Shown here in pieces: positions 47,801-60,200 of a DNA stretch of 64,000 nucleotides. The position numbers were made by a program, and so were the translations under genes. Under the pieces are notes generated by a model. That model did not search any database, had not been told where the DNA came from, and saw only the letters and a list, made by a program, of their open reading frames with translations. Positions within the stretch are counted from its first letter, which is position 1, and the number at the start of each line of letters is the position of its first letter. The DNA is from Octopus vulgaris. Lineage: Eukaryota. The stretch spans positions 6,138,001 to 6,202,000 of the forward strand of contig OX597831.1 in the NCBI GenBank assembly GCA_951406725.2. Reading direction: 5' to 3'.

Positions 47801-50800
47801 TTGGTCATGCTTGGGAATCCAGCTGGAAAATGTAATGACTGTTGCTTCTGATAGGACTCTAAGGAGGAAGCAGCCGAGAACTCTACCACCTACAACCCTC
47901 CCAGAAACAGTGGGCAGCCAAAATGGATGGTTGTTTTGACATAAAAGGATACAACCCAAGGCACCATTTACACTGGTGTAAACAAATACAAAACTAAAGT
48001 GGGAGCCTCTATGTATTCACCTTACCAGCTAGAAATAGCAGCCAAATTACCCTTAAATTGCACGCTGCTGACTTTAAAAACGAAGAAATACTTCAGATAA
48101 TATTGTACTACATATCCTTAAAAGGATAGGATGGTCATGACTAGAATATACTTGATTACTTGTCTGTTCAGTCGGGATTGACCTGAAGTCAAAGAAAAAC
48201 AAGTACGTATTTGAATGATCCCTAAAGAATGAAAGGCGAAGTTAATCAACCCCAGAAGGATTTAAATTCAGAGAATAAAGGAATGGGATTAAATACAACA
48301 TAGAATTTTTGTCTGTCACTCAATCAGTTTTACCAAATCCCTGTACTTGAATGGTCAACATGCTGCCTGTCTATATCATAAGTGGCACCACAAGGTCCAG
48401 TCCTTGTTGCAATATGGTACCTTATGTACCTCAATGAAATTGAGAGCTATTCCAGTGGAATGCGAATTCCTGGTGAGGCCTTCTATAATAGACAAGACAA
48501 GACCAGACTAATATGAACCACTTCTTCCCAGGGGTGAAACTGGTTTTGTGTAGGGCCAACACCTCTACCTAGACCAGTGGTTTTCAATCAGGGTTCCGCG
48601 GAACCATAGGGTTCCGCCAGTACAGTCCAGGGGTTCTGCAAGAAGTTACAAAACTGCTAAAATCGGCAGTAATTTTTAATTTTCTTGTGCAGATATGTGT
48701 GCATAAGACTATTAAATTATTGTACAGGGGTTCCCCGAGCCAGTGGAATGTTTCCTTGGGGTTCCGCTCCAGCAAAAAGTTTGAAAAGCACTGACCTAGA
48801 CAGTAACAAAGTTGCAGAAGCATCAATGACAATTCTAAACCAACAAGACCTGAGAGAGGAAGTCCTTCCTTCAGATAAACGTATGATGACATGTCAGGCT
48901 CTGATCTGAAACCCACAAGGGAAACAGAAGAGAGAATGATCTAAAAATAGCTTGAGATGAGATACTGAAGCACGGCTGAAAAGCAGGGATCAAGCTGGAG
49001 AGAAGCAGAAAAGACAGCCAAGAGTCAAGAAGAGTGGAGGGAAGTCAGTGATGACTTTTGCTCCATAGGGAGAGAAAGGCTGAAGTAAGTATGAGTTACA
49101 ACAAATTCTGGCCATTGTTCCTGGGTTAGGACACCATAATTTTACCAATAAGTATAACATATATCGGAATATCTGGATTATAGCAAGGTGAATCGAAAGA
49201 ATCATTTGATCGTTGGACAAAATGTAAGAATTTTTTCTGAGACTTTACATTCTGAGTTCAAATACTATCAAAATGAATTTTGTCTTTCAACCTTCTGTGA
49301 TAATCATAATAATTATCATTGTTTAATGTCCAATTTCCATGCTAGCATGGGTTGGACGATTTGACTGAGGTCTGGCGAACCAGATGGCTGCACCAGGCTC
49401 CAATCTGATCTGGCAGAGTTTCTACAGCTGGATGTCCTTCCTAACGCCAACCACTTCGAGAGTAGATAAAATAAAGTACCAGTCATGTACTGGGAGGTGA
49501 GGGGAACCTAACAGCTATTGGGCTTGCATGGTATTGTTGAGTCTCAATCTTCATTCAAATGTGACACTCCAATGGCAAGTGAAAGAACATATCAGTTGGA
49601 GGATACTGCCGTGACATTATCTATTCATAACGCCTTATATTATTACTAAGCAACCAACACACACACACACACACACATCCGCTGACCCTCTAAAAGTTAA
49701 TCCTATTAAAAAAGAATAACACAGAAAAAACCCCAAAAGATCTGGAACATTATATAAGCAAAATTTTCCAAGAAACGGTGCTACCAAGGACAGATTACCA
49801 TTTAATGGAAAGGATTAACCTCTCATCTATTTTACACAACTGAATCCTTCATTAAAGTTTGAAAAATAAAAAATATAAAAACTAATTCTCTCCTGTTCTG
49901 TAATTATCAGTTCATTTGTTATTTAACACATTACAAAGCTCATAGAATAGTTACCATGCCAAACCAAATGCTTAGCAGCATTTCTTTGAGCTCGTTACAT
50001 TCTGAGTTCAAATACCACCAAAGTCAACTTTGCCTTTCGTGCTTTCAGGGACAATAAAATAAGGACTAGTTCAGCACTTGAGTCAATATAATCAGCTTTC
50101 CCCAGTCCCACTCAAAATTACTGGACTTATGCCAAAATTAGAATGAAATTATTCAAGATATTACAGCTTTAATCATTCTGTCTTTTTTGTATATATAAGA
50201 CTACATTATCCAGAGGTAGTTTGGCTCAGAGAGAGGTGGTGGGGGAGGTGAATTAATGTAACATGTTTGCGGAGAGTACAATAATCAAAGTATTTCCAGA
50301 ACTCAGTTTTACTGAGGTGGATGAGTCTTCTTAGGAGCCTTATATTGTCAGGCATCTCAGTCCCTTGTCATCTGTGAGGTTCAATATGTTGGGATCAGTT
50401 CTCACCACCTCATCCTGGTCTCCCTCTTTCACGATTTCCATTCACTTTAAGTGATCGGCACTTTATGCAATTGTCCTCATCTTTACGCATCAAGGGACCA
50501 TTGCAGTCTTCTCTCTTTCATGCAACATCTGATTCCTCTTATTCTAGTTTTTTTTTATCTCTTAACACATTTGTACTTTGTTGTACATGCACACTGAGCA
50601 TACTAGCTTCCTTCCTCTCTAGTCTTTGCATGTTTTCTGTATTCAGGATCCATGTCTCACTATTATGTATCAGAGCTGTTTGAACACAAGCATCATATAA
50701 TCTGCCTTGGTGCAATCTCAGAGAGAGTAAGAGAGACAGGGACTTTTTGTTGTGAACTAACTCTAACTGTGAATTTTTAGCATCCTATTCTTATCCTAGC

Positions 50801-53800
50801 AACCATACATTCAGAACATCCTCTTCCACTATTAATCAGGTGATCTAGGTAACAGAAACCAGCTACAACCACTAGGGAACTTCTGAACATTTCATAATAC
50901 ACACACATATACACACAAAACAGGCTTCCACAGAGCTTCTAACAATTTTGCTCACAAAGTATTGGCTAGCCAGGAGTTAGAGTTGAGGACACTTACCAAA
51001 AGTACTGGACAGTGGGACTGAACCCAAAACCACATGGTTACAAAGCAAACTTCTTAATTACTCAGCCACACTTGCACCTTTATTTTTTTTAAGCAATGTA
51101 CACTAATTATTCTCATCCCTAGAGTAACATAAAGTCAAAAACCTTTGAGAGTCACTATTTTAATGTGTCCTTTTCTTATTTAACCAGTGTGTAAGTAAAG
51201 GAATATTTTGCTACTATTTCTAGCAGGTAGAGTGCACACATACAGGTCATAGAGACCACTTTGTTTAGTTTGATCCTGATACTAAAGCAGTATAAAATCT
51301 ATTGCTGTAAAGACTATTGAACTCCATGTTTACTCTGAACAACCAGATCAATCACTCAATGTATTTCTGTCATGATTGTCCTGTTTTGTTATCTAAAAGA
51401 AAAAAAAAACAGCAAGATGTGAGTTGAGTGTGATTTTGTAGTTGTTTCTAGCAAGTTGAGTGACCATGTAGAGATTCTTTTATAGGCTCTATAAACGCTT
51501 GTAGTTCATAATTTCAGGACAATCTTGATCAAGCAGACCAATATCATCAAAAGCATTCTTTTGGTTTATGCTCACAAATTGAAAGTGGAAAAATTAAGCA
51601 TTTAACACGGAAATTTTGAAAACAGTCTTTTTTATTTCACAGTTTAATCTCAGAATTATTAAATGTAGAATCTCCCAATCCATCTCAAACCAAAAATATT
51701 TTCAGAAAATGTTAAAAACGAAACTGTATTACCTTTTTTGAGAAAGCAGGGGGGGGTTAAAAACTTCACAGCTTTTCTTTATTTTCTGCAGAATTATATT
51801 TGATGACTGGCATTTGGGCAAGTGGGGTGCAAAGAGCACCATACGAGTGTGATCATTGATGGAGCAGCTATTCGAGTATGAATGTTACTAGCGTTGCCTT
51901 ACTGGCACTTATGCCTGTGCTAGTAGGGTGCTGAGAGCACCATCCAAGCGTGATCGTTGCCAGAGCAGCCAACTGGCTTCCATACCCGTGGCATGTAAAA
52001 GGGCACCATTCGAGCGTGATCGTTACCAATGTCGCTTCGCTGGCACCTGTGCCGGTGGCACGTGTAAAGAGATTCGAGCGAGGTCATTGCCAGTGTCGCC
52101 TGACCGGCCCCCGTGCCGGTGGCACGTAAAAAGTACTCACTACACTCTCGGAGTGGTTGGCATTAGGAAGGGCATCCAGCTGTAGAAACTCTGCCAGACC
52201 AAGATTGGAGCCTGGTGCAGCCATCTGGCTCGCCAGCCCTCAGTCAAATCGTCCAACCCATGCTAGCATGGAAAGCGGACGTTAAACGAATTTGATGATG
52301 TGGGAAACATGGGAATCTAAAGAATAATGTTAATATTTCCAGTCTATTTTGTGAAAATGAAAAATGTCTATTATTGTAATCATTTTAGACACTACAGAAG
52401 ACAGCTCTACACATGTTTTGGTCTTTATATCACTTTAATCTCTTTAGTAAGACTTTAACATGACCTACTTGCCTGAGTAGTGACAAGAGGATCACATTAG
52501 AGTTATATGCACAATGACTAACCAGTTTTAAATAGAATTGATTTACAATGAAGAGTAAAACAAGCTCAACTAGGTATAAACTATTTGCTTCATTCAGGTG
52601 TGAAAAATAGGTTTGACACACCCTATAAACTTAATTGACGTTAAGTGGAATTTTTCAGCCAGTGACTATCTGTGGACTGTTTGTTATATTGTTGATGACA
52701 ACTTCTGTGTTGAAAATTCATTAAGAAAATTAAATGGCTAGAGATTATGAGGTTAACGAAGAAAAAAGAGCCTATAAAAACCTCAAATGAAGGTTGTTTT
52801 GTCCTTGCTGCTTGTTTGTTTGTTGAGCGAAGCGGTCTTCGTCCCTTTGGGAGAAGTCTGAAATGTGGTCCTTTTGCTATTCGTAAGTCCCGCAGAAGAG
52901 AAAGCAGGTCAACCCCCCGACACCAACACCGAGAGCATCGACGGATGGATGAATGTGCATCCAGGCTCAGCGGTTGCGTAGGAAGTCGGGGATAAGAAAC
53001 AGGAAGAAAGAGTGAGAGAAAGTTGGAGCGAAAGAGTACAACAGGGGTCGCCACCACCCCCTGCCGGAGCCTCGTGGAGCTTTAGGTATTTTCACTCAAT
53101 GCCCGGTCTGGGAATCAAAACTGCGATCCTCTGACCGCGAGTCCACTGCCCTAACCACTGGGCCATTGCGCCTCCACTGTAGTGAATAATATCATCCAGA
53201 AAAAAATATCTGTAAAAACATGAAAAATATAATCAAAATCAAATTCGATGACTGGCGTCCGTGCTATTGGGGTGCAAAGAGCACCATACGAGTGTGATCA
53301 TTGACAGAGCGGGGAACTGGCTTCCGTGCCAGTGGCACTTAAAAGGCACCATTCGAGCGTGATCATTACCAGCGTTGCCTTAAAGAGCACCATCCAAGTG
53401 TGATCGTTGCCAGAGCGGCTATCTGGCCTCCATGCCGGTGGCACGTAAAAGACACCATTCGAGCGTGATCGTTACCAGCATCGCCTTACTAGCACCTGTG
53501 CTGGTGGCATGTGTAAAAGATTCGAGCAAAGTCGTTGCCAGTACCGCCTGACTGGCCCCGTGCTGGTGGCATGTAAAAGCACCCACTACACTCTCGGAGT
53601 GGTTGGCATTAGGAAGGGCATCTAGCTGTAGAAACTTTGCCAGATCAAGATTGAAGCTTGGTGCAGCCATCTGGTTTGCCAGCCCTCAGTCATTCATCCA
53701 ACCCATGCTAGCATGAAGAGCGGACGTTAAACGATGATGATAATGATGTGTCGTTACACCTGGAAATGTTTTTGATCATATCTGTACTCTATCAGGATTG

Positions 53801-54158
53801 ACCAAGAGATAAAAAAATGCATTATTATATAATTAGCAAAATATTGGAAATGTAAACAACTTTAACATCAAAGTACACTTTATTATCAATAAAACAGGAA
53901 GCAATTTCACTATGGAAACAGTATATTTGCGGATACACCTGCTTTTCATAAAGGGAAAATAAAGTGAAAGTCATTACTTTCCTCCTTTTCTCTCATAAGT
54001 ATCATTATAGTTATATGCTCTCAAAGTTGTATTGCTTTTGAATCATTAAGTAGTTTGTTTTCCAGCCACATGGTTTCAGGTTCAGTCCCTCTGTGTGACA
54101 TTTTCAAAATTGTAGAAGTGTTTTGTACAAAGACCTGGGCTGACCAAAAGCTTGTCAT

Positions 54159-54200
<42 letters not shown>

Positions 54201-57200
54201 ATACGAGGAATGAACGTATAAATACATTACACAGGATATATCATAAACCATTCAAAATTATTTACAAATATATCAGTGGCCAGAACATGTAATCACAAAA
54301 TTTCTCCATTAAAGAAGAGTGTATAATTGTGAAAAAATCACATTCATAACAGAGGTTTATAAAAGCCCTTATATATATAAATATATATATATATATTAGG
54401 ATTCCATACAGTTGCAATATTATATCTTTGGCATTTAAAAGAAGAGGGAGTGTCATACAGGATTAAATGAAAGCTCCTCAATAGGAGCAGGCAACACAAA
54501 CTTTGCTTGGTTGAGAGGGCATGGATCCTAAAAAATTACTCCTGATCTGGAGGTGAGGGAGCACTTCTTATGCTCTGAAAGTGGAGTGTGTTCATGAGAC
54601 TAAATTTGTGTTGATGACATGGATTTCCCACTCACTGACTAGTGAACAATAATTGTACATCAACTGACCCCTTTTGGGCACAACTGGAATCGTTTGAAGG
54701 GAGATAACTCCCTCCCACCCAGGAGCTTTTGCTGACCAACATTGAAGTAAAGATATTACGGGCCTCCACTCAGTAGGTCTGATGAGTCACATTTATTTCT
54801 AAGAGCAATAATAGATGTGAATTCAATGGTTACTTTTTGACCACCCTTAACCAATGGCCACAAAAAACTTGTGTGTGTCTTTGTCTTGACATTATGTGAT
54901 TGTTCTAAATGCGTACCACCATCATACAAGGTGTCCTTTGTTTCCAGTCTTCCATCCATGGAGGAGGGGCATCCAGCCATTGAGAATTTTACTCAGTGAA
55001 TATATATACATATGTAAATATATATACACACACACACATATATGTGTGTATGTGTGTGTATATATATATATATATATGGCGCAGGAGTGGCTGTGTGGTA
55101 AGTAGCTTGTTTACCAACCACATGGTTCCGGGTTCAGTCCCACTGCATGAAAAAAGTGGATGTTGAAATGACAATGATTTCCTACCAGTTCCTTATTCTT
55201 AGATAAGCTGTTTCTGTATGTTGTATGCCTTTGGTAAGGATTAATGGAACAGAAGATGCTTATGTATTGAAATACAAACAAGTCAGTCACTACAGGAGGA
55301 GGTTGTCACTTATGCAATGTTAGTGACGGCATGGTGCAGAAACAACAGAAGACCACGCTAAGAGTTGCTGAAGCATGGAACAAGCTGCCGGCATCAGTTG
55401 TTAGTTGTCGGAGCACTGCATCCTTCAAAACTTCCATGCTTCCTGAGATTCGCCAACACTACACCTGATTTTCTCCCCTCCATACACACGCAAGCATGTA
55501 TCTGACTCATACACTGTTCACTTCCCAGACATTTGTACATTAAAGCAGATGCTTTATACACATTTTTGACAAGTTGTGGTGCACCTGAGCACTGTATACA
55601 ATAATTTCATTATTATTATTATTATATAACCTACTTGCCTTCTTGGAACAAAAATGCGGATGAAGTATGATTGACACTGGTTAGACAAGACTAACGAAAA
55701 CAATTTTTTTTTTCCTCTTTCTAATTTATATCCTGTTTTTATGAGTAACAGCATTGTTAGCTATTGACTCCCAATAGGTCAACCACTTGTTTATTACATT
55801 TACAAGGAAAGCAACAAGGGAGTGTCTTTACCACATGGAAGAAATAAATATGCAAAGTATTTTCATTCTAAATCACTAATCTAACAAGTTTTTTGTCAAT
55901 GCTTACATCCTTCGGCAGCATGAATTACCAAATGATGTAGGGGTTGGCGTCAGGAAGGGCATCCGGCCGTAGAAAACTTGCCACACGCATAGCGCTGCGT
56001 ATATGTGTATGTATATACACACCCATATGCAACAAGGGCTTCCATCTACCAAATTCAACTCATGAACATTGGTCAATCCAAGGCTTTAGGAAAAGATATT
56101 TTCCCCAAGGTATTTCAGAGTGGGATCAAACCTGGAGTCATGTAACTGCACAGTAAACATTTTAATCACAGCCATATTTACATCTAATTAATTAATTGTT
56201 GTTGTTGTTGGTGGTGGTGCTAATTGTGTCATCATTGTTAACCCTTTTGATACCAACCCACCTGAAACCACCTCTGGCTCTGTAGTACAGATGTCTTGTT
56301 TTCAAAAGTTCTGAATTAAAATCTTCCACCAAACCTTAGTCATAATTTATGGTCCTAACACTAGCTTAACGATAACCAAGTTATTTTACTAAATTGTTAT
56401 ATTTAAAATTAACACAGAGTATCTCAACAGAAATATGGTAACAAAAGGGCTAAGTCCTCATCCAACCCTATTCTAAAAATACCTTTGATCAAAGGTGTTC
56501 CAACTGTAATCCTGTTTTTTTGTTTTGAGTTTTTTTGGGGTTTTTTTTTCCAGATATAGTGTATCAGCATTACATTATCTTATATCTCCTTTCTTATAAG
56601 ACAGTAAGGAGTGACTTGAAGGACTTTTGACTGCTATTTCTAACAGGATGAACAACTACACAGAAGCTCTCTTGTTGATTCAATTATTTCGTTAAATTAT
56701 TTTGAGATAATTGATTAAGAATCAATAGAAAATCTTTGAATTATCATCAATTATTTTTGGTAGTCAGAATTAATTATCCTACTGAAATTGAGCAGACAAA
56801 AAAAGCCTTTATGTGGTCCACTGATCAGTTAGAAAGATTAAGCAAGATCTGAGGGTAACCTGATAACAGACTGCTCTCTACTACAGCAATCCAGGATTAG
56901 TGATTTTATTCTCCCATTCCCCACACCCCATCAATCACAGAGGCCTTTCTTCCTCTGACTAAGGGTGATTTGTCTTTAAATCACACCTTATTACCTATTT
57001 CTTTACTACCCACAAGGGGTTAAACACAGAGAGGACAGACACATGGATTAAGTCGATTATATCAACCCCAGTGCGTAACTGGTACTTATTTAATCGACCC
57101 CGAAAGGATGAAAGGCAAAGTCGACCTTGGCGGAATTTGAACTCAGAACGTAACGGCAGACGAAATACGGCTACGCATTTCGTCCGTTGTGCTAACGTTT

Positions 57201-60200
57201 CTGCCAGCTCGCCGCCTTATTACTTTTGAATCACACCTTATTACCTTTAAAAAAAAAAACAGAAGGACATACCGACTAATGTACTAACTGAGCTGATTTA
57301 GAGTTACACAACAACAGCATCTAATAACAATACCAGTTCCTGTATGCCCATCACTAACATCAAAGTTGGTTCTGATTAAATCAATAAACAATTCCTTTGT
57401 ACAACAATTTTTCTTTTCTACAAATGCAGAGTCACATGACATATCCCATTTGCTCCATCCCCTTCATCCACCATCACAAACCCCTTATTCTCGTTTCCTC
57501 TTTCATCATCTTTAGCCCTGTTTTCTCAAACTTCTCCTTCAACTTCCTTCAGTAGTCATTTCCAACATTATTCTCACCCAGTCACCTTCACCCTTCCTTA
57601 ATACAGTGTTTTCATCCTGCTTCTCTTCACAGTATCCAACACTTGGTTCTATTCCCATCATTCTCTGCAATTCATAATTTGTTTACTTCTCACTCAGTAA
57701 TACTTTGTTCATCCACTGAACCACTTTCAGTGTTTTGTGTTGTTGTTGCTGTTGTTATTGAGCGAACAGTCTTCGTCCCAGAGCTCGCAAGATGGGAGAA
57801 GTCCGAAACGTGGTCCTTCGCTATTCGTAAGACCCGCAGAAGAGAAAGCAGGTCAACGAGAGCATCGCTGGATGGATGAATGCACATCCAGGATCAGCGG
57901 TTGCATAGGAAGTCGGGGACAAGAAACAGGAAGAAAGAGTGAGAGAAAGTTGGAGTGAAAGAGTACAACAGGGGTCGCCACCACCCCCTGCTGGAGCCTC
58001 GTGGAGCTTTAGGTGTTTTCGCTCAATAAATACACACACACCCGGTCTGGGAATCGAAACCACGATCCTCCGAACACGAGTCCGCTGCCCTAACCATTGG
58101 GCCATTGTGCCTCCACTTGTTGTTGCTGTACCTCCCAGACATTGAAAAAATTAGATCAACGAAGATTTGAGAGGATAACCTGATAGTGTAATGGATTGTT
58201 TCTTATTGTAACAACTCTTTCCTCTTTTGTTAAGCGATAACAAAACCTACAAACCTTAAAGATTCAGCTCAAGAGAAATATAGCACAATGACCTAAACAA
58301 GAAGCAAAGCTAATATAGAAGTTATTCATGTGTATAACTATATAAGCTCAGAAGAGTTGGATAGAACTGGATCTGTTCAATTGATAATGAGAACTGCTAA
58401 ATCTAATCTAACATTTCATATCTTAGCTTTTGTGAGTGAGGAAAGGAGAGACATGTTGTGCTGTTGCTTGGGATGGGACAAGAAACTTGGAGTCACTGCC
58501 ACAACCAGATTTCAAAATATTTTCCAGATTAGTAAATCAATGGAAATTGTAGTTTGATACCAGTGCCGGTGGCACGTAAAAGAACCATCCGAACGTGGCC
58601 GTTGCCAGCACCGCCCCGACTGGCCTCCATGCCGGTGGCACGTAAAAAGCACCAACCGATCGTGGACATTGCCAGCCTCGCCTGGCACGTAAAAAGCACC
58701 CACTACACTCACGGAGTGGTTGGCGTTAGGAAGGGCATCCAGCTGTAGAAATACTGCCAGATCAGACTGGGCCTGGTGCAGCCTCCTGGCTGCCCAGACC
58801 CCAGTCGAACTGTCCAACCCATGCTAGCATGGAAAGCGGACACTAAACGATGATGATGATGATGATGATCTTGTTTGAAGCTATACAAATTGTGGTTTTA
58901 ATGCAATGGGTATGTAATGAAGGCAATTGTAGAATTTGTAGAAATCCTTGATTATATGTAGCATTATATGATAATATTATCCCAGTTTGATAAGTCAATA
59001 AATATCTTGTTTAAAGCTATAAAAATTGTATTTTAGGTGCAGTGGAGGCATAATAAAGGAAAATGTGGAGTTTGTGGAGATCCTTGGCATGGTGTGCGGC
59101 ATCACGAAACAGGTGGCAAATATGCAAATGGAATAATTTCCCGGAGTTACACAGAGGGAGATAACATTAAAGTAGCAGTTCATCTGACAGCAAACCATTT
59201 GGGCTGGTTTGAATTTCGCATTTGCCCCACCGACAACCCTGAAACTGAAGTAACCCAGGCTTGTTTGGATCAACACCTATTGTACAGTTCTGATGGACGC
59301 AATTCCCGGTTTCATGTAACAAAAGGGAAAAACAGTGTCTTCTTCAATTTTACAATAAAACTTCCCATTGGACTTGTTTGTGAACAATGTGTTTTTCAAT
59401 GGAAATATCGAACAGGTATGTGTGTTTATGTTCCCATATTTGAATGTGTGTGCTTCATCATTGTCTGTTATCATTTCATCAGACATCTTAATTTTGTTGT
59501 TTTTTTTTGTCATCAAGCAGGAGTGGCTGTGTGGTAAGTAGCTTGCTAACCAACCACATGGTTCCGGGTTCAGTCCCACTGTGTGGCATCTTGGGCAAGC
59601 GTCGTCTGCTATAGCCCCGGGCTGACCAATGCCTTGTGAGTGGAATTGGTAGACGGAAACTGAAAGAAGCCTGTCGTATATATGTATATATATATATGTG
59701 TGTATATGTGTTTGTGTGTCTGTGTTTGTTCCCCTAGCATTGCTTGACAACCGATGCTGGTGTGTTTACGTCCCCGTTACTTAGCGGTTTGGCAAAAGAG
59801 ACCGATAGAATAAGTACTGGGCTTACAAAGAATAAGTTCCAGGGTCGATTTGCTCGACTAAAGGCGGTGCTCCAGCATGGCCGCAGTCAAATGACTGAAA
59901 CAAGTAAAAGAGTAAGTCCTTTGACAATTTCTACCCACCCAGCAGTTTCTGCTAGCACTTGAAATATTTGTAGTTTTTCTTATAAATATCTACAGTCAAA
60001 GTTCTCTCGCCACTCATTTCTCTATCACTCACTTTGTCCTATCAGCTGTATACATACAGAATTATTAATAGAGCCCCTTTTACTTATGTTTGTTATCTTT
60101 TAGTGGCCCATTTAGACGATTTGAGATTTTTGCTCATTGCCTCATTAGAATCCTCCTATCCCTGGGTATTATATTTTTTTCTGCTGGCTTGGCATTCTCT

